From Lepidodermella squamata (lineage: Eukaryota; Animalia; Gastrotricha): DNA of 64,000 nucleotides. Numbering within the stretch: position 1 is the first letter of the stretch; each line of letters opens with the position of its first letter. Location of the stretch: contig JBLDXI010000019.1 of assembly GCA_047495785.1 (NCBI GenBank), positions 1,984,001 through 2,048,000 of the forward strand, given 5' to 3'. The notes under the pieces are model-generated. The model had not been told where the DNA came from. It did not search any database and saw only the letters and a program-made list of their open reading frames with translations. The position numbers and the translations under genes were made by a program. Shown piece after piece: positions 24,928 through 36,743 of the stretch.

Positions 24928-25113
24928 CAGTGGAACCCCGATTTCCCGTCACCTGATTTTCCGTCTGACGGGAAATCGCGATATGTAAATATTAGGAGCG
25001 ACTTGGACCCGCAGAGGGCAATTAAAGGCAAACTACCTGGATTTCCCGTCAATTTGGATTTCCCGCCAATATTTTTGTGGAACCGTAGATGACAGGAAAT
25101 CGGGGTTCCACTG
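24928..25113. mobile_element. pogo/Tigger-type MITE
   Basis: TIRs CAGTGGAACCCCGATTTCC / GGAAATCGGGGTTCCACTG with flanking TA; internal GATTTCCCG repeats. Confidence 0.85.
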
Positions 25114-25496
25114 TAGGTAAGCTTTTGCGCTCGAGCTTGCCCCAATTTTGCGCTAAGTATTCGGCTAATATTTTCGGTCCGAATTAAGGATAAATTCTGC
25201 GTTTCAGGAAGTGCGCTAATTCAGCAATATTTTATTATATGGATTTTAATATCTCCCATTAAAGTGCAAGTTTATTTGCATATTGGATTAATTCCAGAGA
25301 AAAAAAAAGAAAAAATACGCAACAAAATCGATTTTGCTAAAAGGATGTCCCTTTAGGCACCGAATAGAAATCATTTCGAGGCAGATCTCATAATTGACAA
25401 AAAAATAGATGATTTTTATTCGCCTTTTTATTCTAAATTCAAATAGATTCAAATAGATTTAACAGTGAAAAATTTTCTGAGCCCTCTTACGGGCCA

Positions 25497-27231
25497 TCAG
25501 TCATTAGAAGTAACTGATATGAAAAAGTAAAGATCTGTAATAACTTCAACAGCAATCAGGATGGCTGCAACAACGCAATCTATAATTCGACTGCCTCGAA
25601 GTAGCTTAGCTTTGAAGACCTTTTGGTCGCTCTTTGACATTTCATTCGCCTCCTTCTCGCTACTGCTTGCAAAGCCACATGCGATCATTTCATAGGTCGT
25701 TAGACACAGCCCGGTTAGAAATTTTATAATGACGAATTCGACGAGATAAATCCGCTCGGAAGTTCGAGGAATCCCTGCGAATACCATGTCCAAAATGACG
25801 GAAAACGACAAAACCATGGTGACGCCAAACGTGGCTCGTTCAGACTCGCCGGGCGGTATTATAAGCCCCAGCATTTGTAGAAGATTCAACGAGATTACGG
25901 GGATAAAAATATTTGTTACAAAGTAATTTGCCTTTCGCTTGAAAGCGATCGGGAAAATTAGCCGGCTCATGTTGTAATGGTCACTGGTGCCTTGCGCCGA
26001 CATCTCCATTCGGCCATTGCGGACACCGACAAGTTCCCAAATTTCGGTTTCGCCGATGAATGTATCGACCGCAGATGCGTCTAGAGCGAAGCTGGGCTGC
26101 GAGAAATGAGCTACGTCGGTGATTTCGTTAGCGTCGAAGATCAGTGAACATTCAAGGGTGTCGAATGGGAATTTCGCGAAGGAAAATCCGTCGCAGGCGG
26201 TGTCGAATCGTCCCATTGATACTATCAACGCCCAACTCGTCGTTGGTAAGATCGATATGAAACGTCCGGAATTTCTTAAGAGAAATTTAAAAATTTAAAA
26301 AGATCCGCCTGCGACTGATCCTAATGAATTGTTCCATAATTTTTTTAATAAAACATTTTTTTGAAATTACGAAGTATATTTGAAGTAGTCTCAAAAATAT
26401 TTAATTTGGTAATTAACTTGTTACCGTCTTTTTAAAAATTTTACACGGGCTCTCATTGTAAATTTTCAATTCAAGGGAATTAAATGAAATTCTCGGTTGC
26501 ATGCTTTTAAAACTTAGTTCACTGAATTTTCCTTGCTTTTTCAGAAAAATTTGAAAATTCGGGACCATGAGATGATTTTGCCACAGCTCATTCGATATAG
26601 AGGGCAAAATCTGCTAGGTATTTACGGGTTAAAATTAAAAAAAAATATTTATTTAAATTATTTAAATTTAATTTTAAATTCGAAAATTCGAAAATTCGAA
26701 AATTCTGAAATTTTTCAAACGAAAATAAGAATTTATTTAAATTATGTAGAGCTTACGCTTCAATAGGATACGAGTTAGCCACGGCGTTGACGTGGGTCAA
26801 AACCGGCCGCCATATGCTCGTTTTTTTACTGACGCGTATAACGAGTTCGCCCAACAAGTTTTCTTCCACCGACAAGCATTGCGTAGCGTTGAATATATCA
26901 GAGCAATTTAACGGCTCGCAAGGGTAATTCCACGACAGGTAGATTAAACCGTAAAGCGACATTCTGCGAGAAGAAAAATCTATTATATGATTATCAAAAT
27001 TATTTTTCAATACGTTTGAGCAAGGTCATTGATTTCGATAAATCTGAACAAGTCAAACTGAGTTTCGATTGTCAGGGTCTGGTTTTGATATGGCGAATTC
27101 CACCACTCGAAGGGTAACGCCTCCGAAAGTGCTACTGGACATCTTGCAAAGAATTTCTCGCGAGCAATATCGGAAATTATGGCCGCTTCTGCGCCGCCAA
27201 TAAATAGCAGAAAATACGGCCATAAATGCAT
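25497..27231 (-). CDS. Divergent Cys-loop LGIC subunit (LGIC-7)
   Basis: Signal peptide MHLWPYFLLFIGGAEA, ARCP, FRFIEINDLAQ, WRPVL, CDGFSFAKFPFDTLEC, M2 ERATFGVTMVLSFSV; second intron expanded to ~480 nt. Confidence 0.88.
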
Positions 27232-27947
27232 ATCGAAAACTGCTCAAAATCCGTGAAACATTTCCCACCAAAACTCTCAGGCCGATTGACAAATCGTTAT
27301 AGGTTTGTAAACTTTTCGTTTTCGATGTAAACAGCGTACATTCAAGCCTCGGAATACTGAAAATATTGAAAAAAGGAGATACTTTCGCAGCCATCAAATA
27401 TAACGAGCCCTTCTGTCAATATCGTTGGCGAAACCGCAACTTCGGGAGCTCATTTGTTTTGCAATAAGTTGGAAATAATTAGGGTTTTTGTGTTATTATA
27501 TTAAAATCAACTCTGAAGATAAAAACAGCTGTTACCTATCCTTTATCCTATATAACGACCACCAGGTATTTTTGTAGCTGATATTTATCAGATTAAGAAT
27601 GCAGGTAGCTTTTTATCTCGCAATTTTAATTTGACTTACCATCGGCCATGACCTACTTTTTGCCAGCGGCCCCTTTTAGTGCTACGTTTTGTAATACAAG
27701 TAGGTCACCACGTGCTATTAAGGTCAAAGCGTTCAGTTTCGAACGAAAATAGGTCGACAAAGTGCTGAAGGGACTGAAGGGCCAGTTTTATTGCCCGTTT
27801 TAAGATCAAGTTTTCGAGAGAATGTCAACAATATTCGCGAGGTAAAAGAAACACTCATTGATGGCTTTTGTTCTTTTCCATCTCACCTGACCGATGTCAC
27901 TGGCAATTAATAATTCTTATATTTAAAAATAAATAAATAAAATCACA

Positions 27948-28421
27948 TCATTTTATTTTGAGGCGATACAGCCAATTTTTCGTCTGGCCAGTAGCTCGAG
28001 TTCCTTGCATAGTTTGAACGTCCGATTTGTAGTAAATGAATGGATTATTATAATAACTAGGCACAAGCTTTTCCTTGACAACGTGGCCGCATGCCATAAC
28101 AGCAGGTTCGTTCGAAGCTGGCCCGCAATAGATGATTAGAACTGCATCTGAACTCGACGCTCGTGGGTTTTTGTACCTAGTTGAAACTTTCATGTGCAAC
28201 ACGCCAGGTAGTTGACCGTCGTTGTACAGTTGTTTGGCTGTGGGCCAAAGTTTATCCATTTCAGGTATGGGTAGAAAAATCATCCATTTTCCAATATCAT
28301 TGCGACATTCAGTTGTAGCTATGTTGAATAGCGGGCTCGATTCGTAGAGCCATGGAAAATTTTCGACTTCGGATGGTAGCAACGTGGAATTTGTGTATTT
28401 AGAATAACCACCAACGGCCAT
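27948..28421 (-). CDS. DUF1917 / Bles03 (C11orf68-like, eIF4E-like fold) protein; coding region intronless
   Basis: Motifs GKWMIF, MKVST, VLIIYC and IYYKSDVQT, recognised as typical of the family; a splice acceptor lies just upstream of the ATG (28441). Confidence 0.65.
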   Translation of the reverse strand: MAVGGYSKYTNSTLLPSEVENFPWLYESSPLFNIATTECRNDIGKWMIFLPIPEMDKLWPTAKQLYNDGQLPGVLHMKVSTRYKNPRASSSDAVLIIYCGPASNEPAVMACGHVVKEKLVPSYYNNPFIYYKSDVQTMQGTRATGQTKNWLYRLKIK

Positions 28422-31400
28422 TTCACGGTTAATCCAATGGCTAAAAAGGAAAGAAAGTTTCAACTTGAAGTGGGTTTACTCTTGAGCAGAAAGCGGACTC
28501 GAATAATGGTGAAAATGTAGCGACAATAATAATTAGTCAGTGAGAGATGGATAAAACAACGTGCCACGTGCCAGCTCATATAAATAAGTATAAGAGAGAT
28601 CTGACATTGTAGTATATATTCATGCTATATACTTATTCATGTGTGCCGAAATGATTCATCCCTAGTTTTTATGGTCGCGTGGTCAGTTTATCACTTCTCG
28701 AGAATACTTTACTGTGTTGTGGGGTATGGGTATCTTGACCCAGAAAGACATTATACATTACCCAACATTACCCGACATTGTTTACATTTTACAGCGAAAA
28801 AATGTATTTTCCTTCAAGTTTGTTGACAGGTAGTTGACCCGTATTCTGCAACCTCTATTTTTCCAATGATGCGAAGAGTATTCTCCCTTTGAACTTTAAC
28901 GTTGATTGGCAGCTCGGAATTCGGAACGTAAAAATCCCGGAATTACGATCGATCGCAACTTCAAGCTCGGCACCTTGGTTTCGGGAATCTAAAGAGCTCT
29001 AGTCGCCTGGATTTTATGGGTTATGATTTTTACGTTTGAAATGAGTGGCATAAATCAGGGGTCATGATGATAATAATAAAATTGTCTTGGTATTTATATC
29101 GCCGCACCTTCATTTCGGAAAATTCCTTTTCAATAGCTCGAAATGAGTGCTTTGAAAATAAAAATAATTGAATTTTAATGACGAAACAGGGAATTGAAAA
29201 CAACTGCGCGTTGAATCCTCACTTAAATCAGATCAGTGATGCAAATCGGGGCACTATAATGGATGTACCTTATCACACCTTATCACCGTATCACAAGTCG
29301 TTGGCGGATTTAGGAGAATTATTGATAAGTGAATGGCTTTCGACCGGTGTCGTCAATTGCTAATTGAAGCAGGTTTTTATATATTTTTCCAAATTTTTTT
29401 TCAATTTTCTTTGGGAAATTTGCGTTGGCTTCTGATTCGCCAGCCAACGTGGTTGTTTGTAAAAACTATGATACGGATTGCGAACGAACTATGTATAAGA
29501 AAAATACGAGGCAAAAATGCCGCAGATCCGTGATTAAAACCCATTGCATTGCTTAATGATGGAAAATAAACTATAGATAAAATTGAGTTCAGTTCAGATT
29601 TTTCATTAAATTTCAGATTTTAAATTGTAGCGTGACAAGGCGCGGTAAAACTTTGACGCCACAACACACTTGTCTTCACGCGCCATTAACGGCGGAATTA
29701 TTGCAATATAGTCGACGCCGCTTTTATTGGTGCCACCACAGGACGACGCGGCCCGGAGTGCGGACGGGCGGGCGCGATATCAAAGCCGCGCCATCAACAC
29801 GCAACGGTGTTCCGAGTCAAGAGTCGCCGAGTTATACATAGAAGGAAGCCCATTAAGGCGGCGCGAAGAATTTTCCGCCTCATTGTCCGGGCGCGCGCGC
29901 AGGTGAGTTCATTTCGGGTTGACACGTAAAGGCGTGCGCGGTTTGATGAACAATCGCACATAATAGAGGTTAATTGATGACCTCATTCAATAACCGGCGG
30001 CATGGGGCGGGTCGGTTGAAAATTACAGGTCTCAGGTGTGCATCCGAGGTATGCGGAACCACTCAAGACAATGCGGCCGATCGTCTCGTGAACGCTGCAG
30101 AGTTCTTACGATCGGCAGAGGCCACTTTCAACATTATCGAACACGCAAAGATTAATTTCATCGTTTTTAACTCATTAAGTTGATAAACATTCAAGTAGTA
30201 TTCATAGCAAAGCTAATGGCGGTAATAAAATTATCCAAGTAACCGGATGCATAATGCTCTAAATTTTCATAGAAAGTTTCGTTTTTTCTCACTTGATTTC
30301 CAGGCCAGAATATCCTCTTAATTATTTTATTTTATAGCATTTTTATGTCAATTAATTTTTCCAAATTTTTTTTAAATAATTTGGTTTTTTAAATATCGAT
30401 AGATTAGTCATTAGACTTTGACAAAATTGCTCTAAATTAAATAGTGGGAATTTTAGAAAAATTTACGTAAAAATTGTTTTCAAAAATTAATGATAAATTT
30501 GAATTTGAATTTGAATAAACTAAAATAAAATTCGGCAATATTTTCTACTCAATGCCTTTGAGAACGCGATTGAACCAGAATATTCGAAAAGTGAGAAAAT
30601 TTGAAATTAAATTATATTTTCCTGCTTCCATCCAGGTTTCATCATGTTTTGCCTTTCCCCTTCTTTGAAACATTTTCTCTCTTATTTTTAATTCAACGAT
30701 TAATCTTTGACACTGCTATCATGAAGCTATTTCGCGTGCGTCTTATTCTAATTTTTCCCATCAAATTCCCATAATTTCTCTAAAAGCTATTCATCGTGAT
30801 TTCGGTTAGCGATAAACACACGCTAAAATTGGTAGGCACGAACGGGTGATAGCAATCGATTTTTCCCAGCTCAAGTGGATCGTCTTCACCGTTCCGTTCG
30901 CCAACTGGTGTCCGCTTATCGCTTGTTTTCATCTTTGCCTGACTCTGGTTAAATTTCGTACAGGTACTGCTGCTGAAGAGCGCGCGTGTAGTTTTATCTA
31001 AACTAGCCCATCATCATCGAAATTCATACCAACAACGAGTGTGATTACGTAGCCACGGTGAGTGAGCGCGTCTTTGCGTGACTACAAGACGCGCGCTTGT
31101 GATTGGCCGCCGCGCGTCAAGTGCGCGTCGCCGTAGTAATGAGAGGCACACTCGCGCAGTGTAGCGACTGCGAGAAGGGGCGGGGCTTCCTGTTCTTCGC
31201 GCACAAAATTTGCCCTTCCTCACTCTTAATAATAATAATAAGCGCGCGCACACTCACTTGACTTCAATCTTCCGACTTTAATTCCGATTGTCTAATCATT
31301 ACTTACCAGTTACCAGTTTTAACTTTCTATTAAAATTGTTTAATTGTTCATATAGAAATTAACGGCTACAGTTAATTTTTTGGACACGCTGTTCATTTTC

Positions 31401-31450
31401 AAGTCGACTTTATGGTTATCGAAGAACCCGATCAGTGGCTAGCTAAAACC

Positions 31451-34400
31451 ATGTACGCTACCAGGCGTCGTAAGCGCAATACCAGAAAGTGAGTTTTTTG
31501 CTTCGATTTTTCTGCGGAATCACGGAAATCAACGTTACCTGCAGCACGCGATTTTTATTGCAACGCGCACGCACTGTTCGAAAAAAGATGCGCGCGATTT
31601 TTAGGGTGCTGACACGCAAAAAAGTTTACGTGCCGTGACCTTAGTGTCCCTCGAAAAAACTCGCGTACAAAAGTTATCTTCCGATTTTTAGGCTCATCCT
31701 ATGAAATTTTCAAATTTTCGAAATAATTCAAGCGTCCTCAGCTGTTGCGACGGCTTAGGTATGCTATACTATCTGGGAGTGATGATTAATTAATGAGCTT
31801 GATGACTTGTTATAAGCCATTTGAGGGCTGTTATTGCGCGATTTTTATTGCCTCATCACCGTCGCATTTTCTTGCGCCGACGACGACGACAGCGGTCCCG
31901 TGAGGCGAAGCCGCCGAGTTGGTACTCGCGCAGCCAGCTGGAGTCATTAAAATTTCATTATTATTATCTCATACAAGCCACCTGGGCGCGCGTCATAGGT
32001 AAGAGTAATTACACCGTGTGGAGCGTTCTTGGCCATAATAAGTCGGTAAATAACATTTTTCATATTATTTGAACGGTTCCGCTCCGAGGCGCTTTCATTT
32101 TCACGCGCGCAAATAGCGTAGAGAGAAACAAAAAAATAAACCTTTTTATGCCTAACCAACTTGATGAAACCGCGTCAATATTTGCCAATAATCTGCCGTA
32201 AATTTCCAGCTTGAAAATAATTAAAAAATAATTTCATAATTTCTCTCAAAAATGCGCAGGTCTTCTGGAGGCAACAGCAATGCGAGCATCGTTAAACCGT
32301 CGCCTCTGCCGAACCCGATCGCAGTTCGCGGGCTTCATCATCTCGAACCGGGTCAACTCGTGGCGCCCAATTCGAGCGCGGCCCTCGCGTCCAGCGGCAT
32401 TCGATCGAACCCGTCGAAGCGGCATCGCGAGCGTCTTAACATCGAACTCGAGTCTCTGGCTGAATTGCTGCCATTCGACTCGACTATCGTTCAGAAACTC
32501 GACAAACTCTCCATCCTCCGCCTTGCCAGTTCTTACCTCAAGTCGAAATGCTATTTGAGAAGTGAGTAGTAAATTTTTTTTGAAAATTTAATATATACAT
32601 TTTCTTAATAGCTGCTGCGGAGAGCTGTCCAAGCTTGTCAGAGCAACTCCCTTATTATTACATGATGGAAGACCCTGTTCAGGTTCGTTTTTCTTTTTTT
32701 TAATATTTTAAATATTTTTGAATTATTGTTTAGAATTTGGACGGATTCTTGTTGATCGTGACAACTGATGGCGAAGTTTTCTACTCATCAAGCAACGTTG
32801 AGACGTATCTCGGCTTTCATCAGGTACTAGTCTTTTGATTTTTCTGGTCTTCGAAAAATCGCTGCTAATTGCGTGCGCTATTATTGATGTCGCGGCGGCT
32901 TTTTTTTGCGGCTGTCGAATTAGTGCGCGAAAATTTTTGCGCCGCACATGTGACACACACACATAATTATTATTAGGCAATGATGATGATGATGGTATAG
33001 CATATGGCGCCTGCGCGTCAAATTTCACAAGTTTCGCCGCGCAATCATCAAGGTCAGCCCGTCGCTTTTTGGGTTTAATGGGACACCCTGGGCTAGCCGC
33101 GCGCTGCGAAGATGCTCGTTCGCAGCTATTACGACCAGCTGGCGCGCGCTTTCTTATTACCATAGCCAGCTCATCATACCAATAAAATTGGCCGAATTTT
33201 CGAAAAAAAATGCAAAGAAGTGCGGGAATAAAAAATCATGAATTGAATAATGAAGAAATAAAATATAATTTATTTAAATTTTTCAGTCTGATATTCTTCA
33301 CCAAAGCGTGCTTGAGTTGATTCACTCCGAGGATCGGGACATGTTCAAGGAGCAGCTCGAGTGGCGCCATCGCAACGCACGCCACGAGGCCCTTTCGACA
33401 CCCCGCCGTGCGCCTGTCCACGGCGATGATTTCTACCTTCAACGCTCGTTCACCGCCCGTTTCCGCTGCCTGCTCGACAATACTAGCGGGTTCGTCACCA
33501 TGGACGTAACCGGGCGTCTTCAACCCTTCCCACCAGGGTTCCCGAACAGTTTAACTGGGGGTAACAATCTCGCCGCGGCTTCTGCCGGCATTCGAACTCG
33601 ACCATCGCCGACTAGTACCTCGAACAACTCGGCGAATTCCGGCGCGAATTCCAGCTCAGTCTCGCCGCCGAATACCAGCCAGGCCTACCCATCGCTCGCG
33701 CTCTTCGCCTATTGCCAACCATTCGGCCCGGGTGCTTTTCCAGTCGCTGCCGGTCAGATCGATCTGGCGAAGACTTTCAAGTCGAAACACGGCCTCGATC
33801 TCTCGTTCATGTCCGTCGATCCCAGGGTTCGGCAGGTCATCGAAGGCGTCGAAGAGTCGGATTTCTATCAAAAGCCGTTCTACAACATCGTCCACTTGCC
33901 TGACCTTCAATACGTTTCTCAAGCGCATCAAGAATGTGAGTTTCGAAATTCCTATTTTTCGAAAATTTCAACATTGCTAAATTAATTTCCATGTTAAATT
34001 GGAATTTGAAATACAAATTTTGAAATTTTGAAATGTTTCTTTTTAAACTTGAAATTTGAAAAATGATTTTAAATTAATTTTGAAATTTTTTTATTTAGTG
34101 ATGAAACGCGGTTCCTGTGGAATTTTGGCCTACCGCATTGTCAACCCCAACTCTACCGTTGGCGGTCTGATTTGGCTTCAAACAAGCGCTCGAATCATCT
34201 ACCGCTCGAACAAGGCAGACACCATTCTATGCATCCACCGCCGGCTCACCGACGACGAAGGCGAGGGTCTAATCGTGAAACGCGCCTCGGAATTTCGCCT
34301 GCCCTGCGCTCTTTTCGACGCCGTTGAAGCCGCATCGGCAACTGCTCAGCAAAAATCGGCCGAAATTCCTCTACCGCCTATGCCGTTTCAAGACCAACTG

Positions 34401-35270
34401 CTCGACCAGGGTTCGAACTCCAACTCGCGGAATCCGACCTTCTCCGAGTGCGGCCTCGCTCCGCCGGCGAAACGGGCGAAAGCTGCTCCGAAGCGTAGTG
34501 CGAAGAAGCCGGCGAAATCCGCGTCTCAACCCAGCTCAGACCCGGCGATGGTTGATAACCAGGTGTTGCTGCCTCATCAAACGGGTGTGCCGTCAATCGA
34601 AGGTATCTGGCCGGGTGTCACACCGAGCTCGTCGTGCTACACCGCCGGGGTGACTGGCGGGTACCCTTACTACCCGACCTCGACCATGGCCGAGCAGTTT
34701 GGTTCGCAATTCGGCGGGGCGCAGCAATTCAACCAGATCAACTACCCGCAAATGGGCGTCGAAGGCCTGGCGTCGTACTACAGCCAATATGCCGGCAGCT
34801 ACCCGGCGTATGATAACCCGGACTGCAGCGCCGCCACCCCGACACCCTGCGCGTACCAAGCCGGGTCGAATCTAGCCACCCTGGCGACCTCGACCTGGAA
34901 CCCTCGAGGTGTCAACAACTTCCCGCCCATCGCGAGTGAGAAACTCCTGTCCCAGTACGGCTACCGGCTAATGTACGGCGGCGACCAGCAACAGCAACAG
35001 GGTGACTCATCGGCCCAGGCGGGTGGCGCCGATCACCAGCAGTCACCCTCGCACTCGCTGGGCGGCGGCACCTCAGACGAATCTCCGCAGTCAACGTCCG
35101 TCATCCGCCACACGGCCGGCTATTCCGGTTCGGCGGCCGGCGCTAATTACGCCAGTGCGTATGACCTAGTTTCCGGCTATGTGACACCCACGATGCCGGC
35201 CTCGCACCCAGCCATGTTCCAGGCGCAACCGCTCTACGCCGCAGCTCCGACCACGCAATTCATGTCCTGA
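31451..35270 (+). CDS. AHR: Aryl hydrocarbon receptor / spineless ortholog (bHLH-PAS)
   Basis: Exons 31451-31488 (MYATRRRKR), 32260-32561 ([22 protein letters not shown]), 32612-32682, 32734-32823 ([18 protein letters not shown]), 33286-33935 ([22 protein letters not shown]), ~34099-35270 (WLQTSAR, Q/Y/P-rich tail). AATAAA at ~35527. Confidence 0.95.
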
Positions 35271-36743
35271 AAATATTACCATGTGTCTGTTATACCGTAA
35301 TTTATTATATAATAGGGTTGTTTCTTGACTTTTGATTTGCCAAATCGATCTCTTCTTTTCGACCTGAGTTATACCCGTTCATTTCCTGCGACACGTTTTT
35401 CTGTACAGCTGTGTATATTCTTTAACCACCTCGTTTAGTTCGTGTATTATTATTATTTGAAGCTCTATTGTAGTTATTGCGACTATTTTTTTCGTCTCGT
35501 GTCCTTACCATCAGCTATTAACGTATAATAAAAGACTGAAATGTTGAATTTGATCGATTTTTATTCTTTTTTTTTCATCAACATCATTTGATTTTTTTCG
35601 CTTTTCAGTTATTTCATCCGTCATCAATTTCCCACGGTTTCAGCACACTAGCTCCAAAGAGTTAGTCGAATAAGAATATTATAATATTATATAGCAACGA
35701 CGCAGTAGTAATAAGAGAGCGAGAGAGATGGCTTGATTCATCAAATTTTTTTACAACACAGAAAAAAGGTCGAAATAATTTTTCATCTCAAGTTCATCAT
35801 TGGTGTGAATTAGTAGAATTAGGCCAATATTTTTCGTATGATCCATCAATGTAACGATTTTTTGAAGACGATGCACACTTTAATAAAAAGCTACACACAA
35901 CACGCAAAAATCAATCGAAATTTGCTATTGAATATTTCAAAGGATTGAAGCAATTTTTTCGGACATGAATTTTTTTCCAACAATTAGGTTCGATTTTGTA
36001 ACGGTGATTCATGATGAAAAGGCTTAATAGTGGAATGCGATAACTGTTGTATAATTATTGTAGTCAGAAAAATTCGAAATAGCGCGCATTAAGGTGGATT
36101 TTTTCATCAGTCGAGGAGTTGATTCAATTTTCATCTTCAAATTGCAGTAATTAATTTAAAATCAAAACTGAAATCACCTAGGTCGTAACCGGGATGCTTT
36201 GCTCCAACAGTGCGATATATATAATTTTAGATATAACAAAGAAAAGAAATTGCTAAATTAGTACATATCAGGAGATTCGCGGCTACGGTCTTGCTGCTAA
36301 AATTGGGTAGAGTGACTCAATCGTAAATATCAACAACTTTTTTATTATGCAAATCATTTTTTTTGATAATATTATTTTTTAATATAATCAAGTTCGCTCT
36401 AGGTTATTATTACTATTTTTCTCTTAATATAATTAATTTTTTGAAAATCACAGATGGCCTCTTGTGTGTGTTGCAGGTCTCCGATAGACATATACACTCT
36501 GTACAATATTATCATCTATCAAAAAATCAGCCCGGCGGCACTTTTCATTTGTACGTGATGAGAGAGCGAGAGAAAAAATTGACGACCGAAAAAACACGCA
36601 ATTTTTGTCTATTATATATAATATTTTTATAGCCACAATTTAATCAGGATATTGATTCTTATATTGGGACATTTGTGTGTACGCATGTGTAGTATCTAAT
36701 GTTGAAAGAAGCGAGATGAAGTCGGTTGGTCTAGTTGATTTTA

